Shown piece after piece: positions 14,040 through 27,700 of a stretch of 64,000 bases of DNA (the stretch's first letter is position 1; every line of letters starts with the position of its first letter). Source of the stretch: Ptychomitrium polyphyllum (taxonomy: Eukaryota); contig OZ316775.1 in the NCBI GenBank assembly GCA_973851085.1, forward strand, positions 22,258,001 to 22,322,000, written 5' to 3'. The notes beneath the pieces are model-generated. The model worked only from the letters and a program-made list of their open reading frames with translations. It was not told the DNA's origin and did not search any database. Both the position numbers and the translations under genes were made by a program.

Positions 14040-16185
14040 ATAATTTACTTGCAACCATCTTTATACATTTCCATACAACAAGTACAAAGTGATTTCTTTT
14101 TGGATTGTGGTAATTTCATTTTGGAAGAGGCAATCGTTTATAGAAACTTTTGAAACTACACATAAACTATCACAAAATAAATCCTTTTAATACTCTTGTT
14201 TGAATTTTTTTTAATATGTGGGAATATGTAAGTTTAACTAGGATATGTATTATTGTGCTTGAATTTGGGGGAAAAGGATATGGCCCAAGGCACTTTGGGC
14301 AAATGTGGAATCAATGAAGATGAGAGAAGAGGGTTGACTTTTGGCATGGGTTGGAAGAAAGAACTTGAGTTTAGGGAAGCTGGGCAGTATAGCGAGGACT
14401 GTGGGGCCTATGAGCATACTCTCAATGGAGACAACAACAATGATTTTGATGGTTTGGGTTGACCAGGTCGACAGTGGGAGACAGCTTGGATTGGGACTTA
14501 AAACAGTCTCAAAACCATTACTCTAGTAGCACTACTTAAAACGCCCCTGTCAAGTTGCACCTAATAGCTGCTCATCCAAAACTTGTATACGCTCAGTATG
14601 CAAGAACACATACTTTGACTGTGCATAGCTTGTATATTTTTAACCAGATAAAACAAATAATCACTCTATTTTGTTTTATGTCTTAATTTTGTTCCATACA
14701 ATCTAGGCTAATTTTCTAACAGAAGCAGTTTGTATCTTATGAGCACCAAATTTATTTATTTTTTCACACACTATGATCTTGTTTGAATCATTGGAGACAC
14801 AATGTAGAATCTTAAGGTTTGAATTTGGTATCAAAACAACAAGAATAAGATGCTTGTTTCATTGAGACCATATCAAGTTTAGTTCTTGAGGTTGCCTAGT
14901 CTGTTCAGCCCAAGTGATTTTCAAATTGATACAAGCTATGAAGGTGCGGTAACAACTTAGATTTGATATTTCATCCTATACCAACGTAAATTACAACCAA
15001 TTTAAGAGGGAAGAAGGTCTTAAGAAAGGGCTTTAAAAGGGATCTTGGATAGAAGATTTTCACACTATTTCTTAAGATCATTCTCCCTCTTGAATCATCT
15101 TTGCCTTTAGAATCATTGCAGCCTCACCATTGGACTTGAATTAGAACTAAAGCATTTTTTTGGGTATACATTAATTTGGCAATGTTACCAAATAATTATA
15201 AATGTATGAAATGTAATAGTTGTATTAAATAATGGAACATATTCAAAACACCTATGGAATTAATACCATTGATGTAATACATTGTAATAGAATTTGAGCA
15301 CAATTCAAAAATTTCTTTCACCATGATTCAATTAAAAAAGGATATAAGTATTATTATCTCAAAATATTAAAATGATGAATCATATTAATCTAGTATTGGA
15401 AGGTTTCTTTTTGAGTCTTTGTATGTCTTCTACAATAGATATAATATGATGTATGTTAATAGTATTTATGGTTTGAAAGGTTTTTAGATAGAAAATTAAG
15501 GATTAATTTTTTTGATATTCTTGATATACTTTAACTTGCGTTTTCTTAGCAATTTCAAATTAATTATTTATATGAAAATTCATGACAAGAAGCTTATCAA
15601 GTAATTTATTAAAAAAAAAATTAAAATTTAAAAAATAATAAAATCATTTTAATATTAAAAGTCAGTGAATGTTTCATTAACATATAGAATTAATAGCTAA
15701 ATTCTTGTTGCTAATGGTTTAGGCATGGGTGGTGGTGGTAATAAATTGAGATTGAATACAAATGGAAATTACATATTGATTATAATAAAAAAGACAATAA
15801 ATATATACTACTTTTGGAAAGAAAGTATGACATAGGCTTGACTATTTCTTAATTAAATGTGATAGATCTTCATTCAACTTGGAAAGCAAAGAAAAGATAA
15901 AATAGGAAAACAATTCAAAAAGTGCAAATTCTTAAGATTTGATTTCTATGGTTTATCATCAACTTGTTAATTTTGCATGAAATTTGGTATGTAAAGTAGT
16001 CACTAGGTGTTTAAATTATGGTTGAGCACTTATGGTTGAATTTCTAAAAAATTCACAAATTAGAAGGTATAAGACTTGCAACCAAAAAACCTTGCAAAAC
16101 TGCCAAAATACTCAAAATAGGTCTGGTTCTTTAGAGGTTTAAAGAATCGAAGTTCTAACAAACGCTTGAATGTGCGGCCCCACCA

Positions 16186-16265
16186 AGAAAGGAAAAGAGG
16201 AAAGAAGGAAAAGAAGAAAGAAGGAAAAGAAGAAGGAAGGAAAGAAAGAAGGAAGGAAAGAAAGT
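16186..16265. repeat. Purine-only (GAAG/GAAA)n low-complexity tract
   Basis: About 80 nt of A/G only. Confidence 0.85.
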
Positions 16266-16549
16266 ACCAAAAAGCACTTGACAAGAAAAGGAAAAGACAG
16301 GCATAAAGAATAAGCGGGCATGCGAACTTTCGCAGTCAATGTCCCGGAGGGGCCTTTGTGATGGAACCAAATTTATGAGGCTGTAACCTTTGGGCTGTAA
16401 GGTTTGAGCAAGGGCAGTCTGGACTGTGCTCCCAGGCCCTACAGTTGTGACCCTTTTCCCATTCTGCACCCGTTGTACCCCATGTACAGTGCAGACACTG
16501 TAAAGAAGTGTACAAACCCTGGTCCCTGTCCACCAATACCCCCCTTTCA

Positions 16550-16615
16550 AGTTCTACCCTCCCAGTTCCACCCTCCCAGTTCTACCCTTCCAGTTCTACC
16601 CGTCCAGTTCCCTCC
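16550..16615. repeat. 14-bp tandem repeat, ~4.7 copies
   Basis: agttctaccctccc / agttccaccctccc / agttctacccttcc / agttctacccgtcc / agttccctcc. Confidence 0.85.
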
Positions 16616-18240
16616 AGCTTGTCAAGTTACTGCTGTCGACTAGTTCATTGTCGACTCCTCATTACGGATTCGCCATTCCAGGAGCAAGTTTTCAAATCTC
16701 TGTAAATGAATACCCATCCCTCTAGAAACTAATTACTCCACTTTTCTTTCGGACTTGAATAACTGTTCATGGTCCAAATGGCTCTAAATAACACAATATG
16801 ATTTAAACTGACGTATTACATTTTTGTTTGTTTTTTCTTCATTATTATTGATTTTGATTTTCAAATTATTGTTGAGCAATCCTCCTATGTGCTACCGTAG
16901 TCACAATACAAATGTCACCCTTGTTCTCAAATTCCTACTGTGTTCTTTTCTAATGTTACATGTTCATCAAACCAAGCAATGATAAACAACATTGTGCATG
17001 AAAGTGACGGAGGGTGTTTATTTGCAAGCAAGTACTAATCATTCAATGCACAACATTCTTTAGCCAAATGATCATACTCCACTTCTAAATTATAACTTCT
17101 TGGTCAAATTTTCTACTAACATTTAAAAATGTAGAATAATGTTCTAGTATTATTTTAGTATTGTTGATTTTGATGCACTATCATCCAAGGAAAGAATTCT
17201 ATGTTTTAGATGCAAAAAGTAATAAGATTAAGAAACTTAAATTGTATTTTATTTAGTTCATGTGACACTGCATTGTAAACTTGTGTGGAAAAAATGAAAA
17301 ATGAATAACACTCATTTCTCATGTTGGTATAACATTAATGTTTCTATGGCTTTGGAATTACCTAGTTCAATTAAAGACTTAAAATCATTTGGATCAAAGT
17401 TCTTAGCACAATTTGTGTAGAAATATATATTCCTTTACTTCCTATTTATTTATTTGTGTCATTTCTACTTCCTACCTTCTACTTTCTTTTAGGCCCTCTT
17501 TTCATGTTGAGCTAGTCTGCAGTGATAGAAAAAGGTAAAAAGAAGGAAGCATATAAAGATAAAATTCCTTTTACAAATGATTGGTGAATCAACAACCACT
17601 CATTTTTCTTTATCAATATTCATAATGATTTGAGGTTCATGCCATTAGTTACCTTTCTAATTTTATTACAAAATTGCACTCTATATTGCCAATAACCATA
17701 TTTACATTGAAGTAATTTATGTCTACTATTTTTATACTAATTTATTAATTTATATTTACAATATTGACACCTTTTAAATAAAATCCAACCATATTGGATA
17801 TCTTTTTGAAAATACAAATAAGAACTTCATCAGAAAGGCACTTTTATTTAATATTAATTTGCCAAATCATCATCATTATATTTTTATACTTATTTTTTTT
17901 CACTCTGGCACTAATTGGAACCATGACATTGATTTAGTTGAATTCTTTGCATTTAAAAAGAAGAACAACAAGAATCTTTCCACATGTCATTATGAATGAA
18001 GTGTTTTATTTTAATAAATCCTAATTATATTTGCAAGTATTCATTTACAGGTCCACTCTAATCTGCTTGTTATCAAAGCACTACTCTATTTTTATATTTT
18101 CACTTGGTATATTGCTTACATTTATATTATTGCTCTCATATCTCAATCAATAGCATCTGTAGCACCTTTAGCACATTTAATATTTGGTTTTATAAAAGTA
18201 TACATTCAAAGATTATTTTTGTCTTTCAAATGATATGTTT

Positions 18241-18780
18241 CTTTTGAAAAACATATTTTAAAATTCTAAATTAAATTTTATACACTAATTACATTTATTG
18301 TTGGTTTTTAAATTCTCACAAAATATAAAAATAGATTATTTTAGATCTGATAAATATTCTTAAGATGTTTTCATCTTCAATTTTAACTAATTCTAGACTT
18401 TTTGCTCAATTATGGATTTTTGGCAACTTTGATTTTATAAGCAATCAAGCAATACTTCCCCTCATTTGCAACTTTCTAAAGGCCATAATTCACTCAATTT
18501 TTGTCCAAGTTTAACATATGAGGTATTTTTTAAATATCTATATTATCTTTAGATGTCAAAAAAACATCTCATATGTCTAATTTGGACAAAATTTGAGTGA
18601 ATTATGACCTCAAGAGAATATTGATAGGATACTTAGGTAGTTATTGGTGGATCATTGATATTGTTTGTGAATTTTTTTTGTTTGGAATTAGTTAAATTGA
18701 AGATGTATTGTTAATTTTTTAATTTTTATCATTCATAAACTTTTATTAATCTAGTGTATAATTATATTGTTTCTAAAAGT
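18241..18780. mobile_element. Degenerate foldback/MITE-like element with a near-perfect central palindrome (18480-18610)
   Basis: ~60-bp arms: aggccataattcactcaatttttgtccaag... versus ...ttggacaaaatttgagtgaattatgacct. Outer nested inverted matches at ~18372/~18705 (catcttcaattttaactaattc), ~18278/~18761 (ttatacacta) and ~18241/~18779. Confidence 0.6.
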
Positions 18781-21700
18781 GTTGATTGCAATTTATTGAT
18801 ACTTTTGGTGGCTAATAGTTTAGTGAATTGTATTTCTTTCATTCAACATAAAATTCTAATTGAATTTCTTGAATAGAATTCCAAATCTAAGTTAATTGTT
18901 GTGGTGAAAATCTTGCATCAATCAAAGGTGTTGTGTAGATTTGGCATGAATTTTAGTACAAAGAAGTTTAATTTTTGACACTTTCTTCTTAGTAAAATTT
19001 GGAGCATTTGATGATATTTCATGGCCAATTTTGAAGAGGATTTTAACTAAATTTGGATTTTTTTTAGCCTTGAAGTACAAAATGCGTATAGAAATCCCAT
19101 CCTAATGGAATTGTGACTTTAGATTTTAAGCATCACCTTAATTATATTAATGATGATAATATCACAAGTCTAGAACTAAACTGTATTGAGTTTGGTGTGT
19201 CTTTCCATAAATTCAATGGTCTAGAATTCACCCAAATGCCTATATAATGTAAAAATCCTACTTTTTAACAATTTTTTTGAAGTATTAATGTATTTTAAAG
19301 ATATCATATTATTTCTATTAAAAAGAAATATCATCACAATGTGTTTAGCAATAAAATTTCAATTCAAATGTATCAAATATCAAATTTTAGATCTATATTT
19401 ATCAAAGATAGAAGCATTATGATTCTTAATCTATGTAGCTTCATGACTCCAAACTTGATTCACATCATTTACAAAAAAATCTACTACATGATTGTAAGGT
19501 CAAGAATTCAGTATTTTATTTCCATTTACACACTTTCATTGATGACAGTTCAAAAGCAATAATGTTTTAAGAGTGAAAGTGGTCATTGTGTATTTGGATT
19601 ATATATGCAATATTTAAATTTACCCACTATTGATTTTTGAATGAATCAAGCATCATGTTGCTAACATCCTATTTTTGGTACATTCTTTTACATCCTGAAA
19701 AAACCATGGAATCAATCAAATTCTGTGTGTAAAATTTTTAAAACTTTATACACGATCTTAATTCGCTTCCACGTACTATGATTCAAGGTGAATTCCATGA
19801 TTTTGGAGACAAAGCTAAAACGAAATTCTTCCATATCAGAATGAATATATCAAATGTTATCCAAAGTACATAACATAGACTTCAGGTATAGTGGAAAAAG
19901 GCGCTTCATGTACATCCCCTTTGTAGGCATGGTTGTTCTCTCTCCTGTTGAAAAATTCCAGCGCAGGTTCTAAAGACGAGCTACTTGAGTGGCACTCCAC
20001 TGGTGACTTGGCAGTGGATGTACAGGGGTGAGGCAGCTTTTACGTCGTCAACGGTCACTCATGACAGACAGAGAGACCAGGCTAGTTCTCTTGCAAGGTT
20101 ACAAGGCATGGCCAAGTTCCCGCTTGAAATGATGAAGAGATGGGTCCATGTGATGATGGAAATGAGTTCTTAGCAGGCCTACGGCCTCAATGGCCTAATT
20201 GAATTACAACTAATGAATTCTGCCTGGCCTGGTGCAGCATTGGTGGAGCTCAAAGAAAACAAAACAAAACAAAACAATACAAAACAAACTGCTTCAAAGA
20301 TTAGTGGAATACAGATCTGTGCTAGTGTTCACTGCTGAGTGTCTCTTGTTTACAATGTACAAACTCAGATGTGTTTTCCATGGAAATCCATATCACTAAG
20401 GTAGCGGAAGTGCATTGGGGACTTGTTACCTGAGTTTTTCATTTAATTCATCAGATTTTGTTGATATGAAATTTTAGAATTACATAGACAGCAAGTTTAG
20501 AAGGCACATACTGTCAAGATTCAAGCTGTGACTCTGATAAAACCACACATTCTTGAGGAGGTGGAAAAACGCCATACATAGATGACAATGGAGAAGGCCA
20601 AATGTTGAATAGGGATTTGGTTCTAGAACTTGGAATAAATGTGAGAGTTTTGAATATATTGTACTTGTAATCCAAAGTGCCTCAAGTGCTTGTTGTTATC
20701 CAAATGGAAAGTAATACCTTCATGTTTCACACTTAAGAGCTTAGCACTAACGTTTGTGCAAATGGATGGATGCTTAAGTTATGTTTAAGGTATTTTAAAA
20801 ACCAAAGTTATATTTGGGCCCACTCTTTGTAAGAAGGACTATGGATGCAATATGAATAATTAATTAAAGATCAGTTTTAATACCTTTTTAATCTTTATCA
20901 TTTTAATATCCATAGAGCCCAAAATGAGCTTTTGATACTTTTTTCATATTTGTAGCTTATTATGAGCACATAATCAATTTTCAAATCCAACTCGGCAAAG
21001 TTATATTTTGAAACAAAGTACTCACCTTAATTTGTTTCATGTTGCTTGGCGCTATATAAATTTTAATACAACTCCTTCAAAACATAATATTTTGAAAAGT
21101 CACCTTGCTTTAATCATTCATTCAAGTAATTTTGTTTATTCAAGTGCGTTCATTTAAACTTATTGTAATGGGTTAAATTTAAATTATAAGTAATTATCTC
21201 AATCCATAAAGGACTTAGAACATTTGACACTTAAAATATAATTGCTTTTGAAGTGTCATATGTATAAATGGAAGTAAAATATGGAATTCTTGACCTTACA
21301 ATCTTATAGTAGATTTGTTGTAAATGATGTGAATCAAGTTTGAAGTTATGAAGCTAAATAGATTAAAGATCATAATGCGTCTATCTTAGACAAATATGAT
21401 TCTAAAATGTGGTTGTTGATTCATTTGAGTTGAAATTCTATTGCTAAACACATTCTAAAGACATAAATTTTCCAAGGTCATCTAAGGTTAGAAAAATAAG
21501 AAATTGTGTCCTTTATAATAATTTTAAAAATAATTTAAACTTGTTAAGTCATTTAAAAATAAAAAAGATAAAAACCATCAAATAAAAGAATTTTTTAGAT
21601 AATATTTTTTGAAGCAATAGAAAAGTATACAACCTTAGAAAATCAAAGTGAAATATAACATTTTAAACTGATTTTTATTGTATTCTATGGCAAAAAGAAA

Positions 21701-24700
21701 ATTATCAAAATTATAAATGTAATATGGTAAAAATTATGCTCATACATGGACAAAAGTCTTGGATGTTTGGAATGAAGTTAAATGAAAAGTTACATGTTTA
21801 ATTAGAACATTTATTTATCAACTTAGGTAAAAAAAAATCAACATAATTTAAATTAATTTGAATAAAATAAAAAACAATTAATTTATTTTTTAAGATTTTA
21901 GAAGGAAACCACTTTTTAAAAGAGTGCAATAAAATGTTTTGCCTTCATATTATAGTAAGACTATGGATTAAAAGGACAAATTTTATGCATATGGATACAT
22001 ATTTTTATAGCAATAGACATGAAATAAAGATGCATACATAATCCAAAACTTTGAATTTCTAAGCAACAATGAATTTATTCAATTTGCAATGGATTTGTTA
22101 AGTGAAATCATGTGATGATAATAAAAAAAGCAAGGTAATGATTACTTTTTGCTCATAATAAACTATAATGAGTTTGTTAGTTAGCCAAATTTTAAAATTC
22201 CAAAGTTTGAACATTTATAAGATGTTTAAAAAGTGTTCAAATAATACTTTAAAGTATGTTAAAATCTTTTTTCTTAAGGACATGATTCACAAATATTAAA
22301 ATTGTGGTTTATTGATCTTTAAGCATCTAAAGGCTTATAATAATTAATTTTTTTTATAGCATCGTTTTATTTCCAAATTTTAACATTATTTATATTTTTT
22401 CTCTTCTTTTTTTAACTAATAGAAAAATAAAATTTACCATGTTAACCTATATTTCAATTGACTAATTCATCACATTTTTATATTGCTCCGAATTATTTTT
22501 CCATAATTAAATGTCTTACAAATTTCAGGTTATATAATTTTGGATAAGACCAAATACAGAACTTAAATTTTACATGCATTAAAACAATTTCAATATGATT
22601 AAACAAAAACTCATGGTTATATGAATGATCAAAGGTCTGTAGAATTTTCATGAACTCAAAATTTGGATGTCTACTTCTTATTTGAAAGAACATATCCACT
22701 AAATTAATAATCTAAAATCAACAGGTGTTGTGGTTTGATATTTTATGTAAAGATGGTATATTAAAAGACCAAATTAAGCTTTTGTAACCTAAATCACCTC
22801 TAAAAAATGTTTGATGTATAAGAATTAATAGCAATCATATCAAATTGTTGGAAAAGTCATGTCTATGGGTGTTGTTATTTTGAGGTTGATGCGTCCACTT
22901 AAATTTTTTTAGGATAACTCATTACAAAGTTGCTCTGGCAAGACAAAATTGGAAGTCAATCTCAAGGTACACAGTTGTGTCCCTGTAGCCTGATAAAGTT
23001 TGGACCGGGTGGTGTGCCTTGCTGGATGTTTTCTCCAGAAGTCCATTGTGAAATTGGCCTATTGTATTGCTTATTTGTTAACATGCATCCTTGTACACCA
23101 ACAGGTTCCGAAAGGTGATGAATTTTAGACACAAAGATTTGATAACAAGCCATGGTGACTGAAGTAAGCCACAGTAATACTGATGAAGCTTGTCACCATT
23201 ATGAGCTCAATAGGACTTGTAATGCGGCTGTGCATGAGGCCATGATGGTCTCAGCTGGCCGGGCCAAGTGTCTGTGAGGACCTTGTGGTGGCAGACTCCA
23301 GGTTCCAGAGAAAGCTCAAACCAAAAGGACTACTGATTGTCAACTATGCGGGTTACCTGAAGGAATGGAATATAATCCATCTGTTGCTTCAGGACAGCGT
23401 TCTCTTTGTCAACTGCGTGGGAAACCTGTGCAACATCTTGGTTGCCCCACCTGTTGCTTGCTTCACAATTTATGTACTGCATATGACCTTGAAGAGTTGT
23501 TCATGGATAAGCTGGCATTGGTGAAGTTCTCCAGGCACATTGAAGTTAATATTGAGTTTGCTCATATTAGCAGTGATCATTTATATGCTGTCCATAATAT
23601 TAGGAGTATCAGGTCAAACCTATGGCACTACTTAGTAACATGGTGCATACATTCTACATGTCCAAACATTAATACAAAGTGACAGCTACCCTATGTTCAC
23701 AGTTTTGTAAATCTCAGTCAAGTTTGTAAAACTTCTCTTACAAGTAAATAAGATTTTGTAGTGGAAGTAGATTAATCTTGAATTTTCAACCTTAAGTCAA
23801 ATTTGAATTAACATCTTCCTGGGGTCAGGCTTTGGTACTGTTTACATCATTAGGACTTGATGATATTCTCTGAGAGTTTGTGGTAACCTCTTAATAGGAA
23901 AATGAATCAAGCCACCCAATGTCTGAGGACTTCACATAGGGGTAATTGTGCACTTTAACCCCAATTCAACCATGGCCCATATGATTGCGTACTGCAAATA
24001 CATCCCCTGAAACTCAAGATCATGAGGACCTTCTTTCAGAACAGAGGCACCCAAGAACCAAGTGCCTGGTTTTAAGTGGTAGTACTGCAACTAATTAGTA
24101 ATGAGCTGCACAGCAAGAGTAGAGGCAACAGAGTCAAAGGGCGGTAAGGGCACAAAAGAGCATAATTAGATTCAACAACAAAAAAGTCTTAAACAGTGAA
24201 TTGTCCATATCCTCCAAATAGTTAAATACTGACAAATTCAAATGTTGCTCGTTTAATGCCTCATAGCATGACATTCTTTACCAAAGGTAGCTAGTCACTC
24301 AAAAGTTCATTTTCAAATGTTATTCACTATTTATTTCCCCTTATTATAATTTCCTGAATAGAGGTAACGAAATATCCAAAACTGATTTTTTGTTTTTCTG
24401 AATTTTGGTTGTCAGAGGGGCGAGAGGTGGTCCATAAAGTGGTGGAGTGTCACCGATAAAAGAGTCTGGGACCGTACTTTCAATCCTTCGCTCCGAAGAG
24501 TGACAACGCTACAAGTGTGACAGCTTATCAGGCTGCCAGTTGATGCAATATGATGGCGACCACCCCAAACTGCAGTTATATAGGTCCGACTGATTGTGAT
24601 TCCTCACAGGACTGGATCAATAAACTCTTCTACGATCAGTGCAGCTTAAAACTGTTTGGACGAGCATTAATAACTATAGATGTCGACGTTGTGGCCATCA

Positions 24701-27700
24701 GACACACTCAACACACATCCCACATTTAACTGTACGCAAAATCATATACTTTCAAAGCTGTTAATCTAGAAGATAATGGGGATGAAATAAGAAATATGTA
24801 AGCAGTGAGACAGATTGAAATAGAAGTTGCTGTTTGGTTGATTCAAAAGAAAGAAAATGGGTTAGCACTCTGGTTTTGAATCTGCAATGTATGATCTCTT
24901 GAATCGTTTCTTAAAATCCCAAGGGTAACTACAAAATGCACTTGTACTTCATCAGAAGAAAATTTCTTTTACAAAAATATATTTGGTATGATGTTTTTTG
25001 AATAATATAAATTTTTGATTTATGTTTTTTTGGGTTGGGTAAGGTAGGCTGTACCCTCTTGAGCTGAAGAATGACGTAGCACGTTGTGAGGTGGGGTCTA
25101 GCTTGTTTTATAGCCTACTGTTGTTTCAATCCTTTCCCATGTTCCCTGGAGATCAGAAGAACGGCATGTAATTTTGTTTTATATCACACCCAGGAGCACA
25201 AAAATTACACTGCCCAACCGATTTGTGTCGGAGTCGCCCCATCTGCATCAGAGGTGGGTCATGTCATCACGATTCATAGCAAACGTTGGACCAGATCTAC
25301 AGTACAATACCGTGTAACATATATGAACAGAGTCGCAAATCATGCCAACCCTTCCTGGGTCTACTGTGTTTCAAAGCAAACTTTAGCAGCAGTGTTAGAA
25401 TGAAGTAGATCACAACCTCATCTTATAATATAATTAGCATTCGAACAATTAGAACTACCGTAAGATGGCTGTCAATTTACTCTCGATCAATTTGTGAGGT
25501 TCTAGAAGGCTTTTAGGATTTTCAATCTCAGCTGATGCCGTGCAGGTAATGAACTCTTGCCAGTACTCTTCGTTGTGACAACTTCAGCTATTAGGTCACA
25601 GGAAAGTGCCAGTGAGCAGACGATACAAGGAATTAGTATGCACTGGGCTTTTAAGAATTCCGTCTTGATTCGAATCATAGAGACTGGTATATAGTACTTA
25701 ATTTGAGATGCATCACTGATCTACACTAATTAACCACTTTGAGATTATAATGCAGTTCACACTTATTGTACATGTCTTTTTCAAATTGCTGTGTTTCAAA
25801 GCCTGGCGCACTCAACGTCACAACTTGAAGGGTGGCTGGCCACCACATTTCCTACCCTTGCCTGTCTTCCGTCTCCAGAGATTGTGACTTGCATACAAGA
25901 AAGAAAACTTGACCAGGGACAAGTGACGTATTAATTACCAGCTGAGAACGTAAAAGAATGATATAAGCGAGTAGAAGTTAGTAATTACAATTGGTCATAC
26001 ACAACTGAATGCGTGTAGACCATGCTTTGTTGAGCCGTACAGCACAAAAATCCTTCACTGGAATTGCAAGGGGCTATTAGGTGCAGGAATGTCAGAGGAC
26101 AGCATTACGTGCCGTACTGAGTGAGAATTGCTGATTAATATACGACTTGTCATGTAAAAACACTTGACAAAATCACAGAAATAACAAACACGGAATTTAT
26201 CGACATGAGGGCCTGTTCGATGGCATCGTAAATAAGTTCAGAGTCAGCATTCAGGACTGACTAATTTAATGCTCCGCCTGGCTGGAGTTTTGCGTGCATT
26301 GAGTTGAAATGAACGTGACGATCTTCGTGGTTGAGGTATCCTCCCCATCGAGTTCCGCTCTGAGTCCAGACGTTCAGACGGGGAGTGTTTGACAGATGGG
26401 CGTGATGCCAACGCTGCAGAGGGACAGGGCGATGTGACAGGTCGAAGTAATTGGAGCCAAAGCTTGTGTGGTCAAAAACGTTTACAAAACTAAGAGCATG
26501 TCCGTCCGGCTGTTGAAATTTCTGTGCGTTGTGTAAGTTCTGCAGTGATCTATGCCATTCGAGTCTTTCAGAAAAATATATATTTACGAGTACGGGTGGA
26601 CGATCACGATTCAACATACAACTGCAAGAAGATAATCAAGTACTTGAGATGTTTGGAAGGGTTGAAACCCCAATCTACAGAATAATAAGTTCACCGACTG
26701 TACTGTTGGGACAATTTTAGATGGATGTCTGTGAGTTTGAACCGAGTAGCTCCTGGTTTTCTCCAAAACTGTTGACGAATGACTGCCTAGTTAGTGCTTG
26801 CACCACTACCCTAAAAAACAGAGCAAAACAAGAAGGGAGTAATTCTGCTCAGTGTCTGCAAACTTGTAGTTTCATTTGTTTGCAAGCTTTTGGACACATG
26901 ACAGTGTAGGGAGGCACCTCCGTCCAATGCTCTGTAGCATTTTAAACTTCCTACTCATTGCCGCACAGGCTCCTTAGAAGCTAAAGTCCCTGGCTGGGTG
27001 ACCTAGTTATCACCTGTGAACGAGAGGCTGCAACTCTTATGCTGGTGTCGTGAAGGATTCACGGGCATGGTCACCGTTGATGCAAGTGAGTAGAGTGCCA
27101 GCTTCCTTTACAATCTTTCTATATGTTTCAATGCTTTCCCCCCATTGAGACCTACAGAAATCAGTACGACCATAGACATTCAACTATACAATGTTGTATT
27201 CTGTGGTTCATTTGTGGAAAAATTAACCCTTGTAAGTTGTAACCCTTCATATATGTGCAGACTATGCAATGCGAAAGAAACAACGATAAAATACATGCGC
27301 TTATTTATAACTTATAAGATTAAGAGAAACTTGACTAAGACGAGTTGTACTCGATTATCTCCTAGAATTTACCACAGAAACCTATTAAAAGTATTCCTCA
27401 ATGTGCGGCATCCTCCTTGGACAATGTTACTTAACAAGTGCTGAGTATGTTCTGGATAAACAAAAAACTTCGGTTAGCAGGCATACAAGTTGCACAAACA
27501 AAGAATCCTGGTTATGTCACATACACAAGTTAACATTTAGGGAAGCCTTTACTGATTATTCTCACCTAACCGCACGATACTTATCAGCCAACAGATACCA
27601 ACATTACTAGATTCTGAAGAAATCGACTTATTTCATAACCATCAAACAACTTTTGAAAGTAATCTGTGCAAGAGCATCAGTTCAGATACATTTCTGGAAC

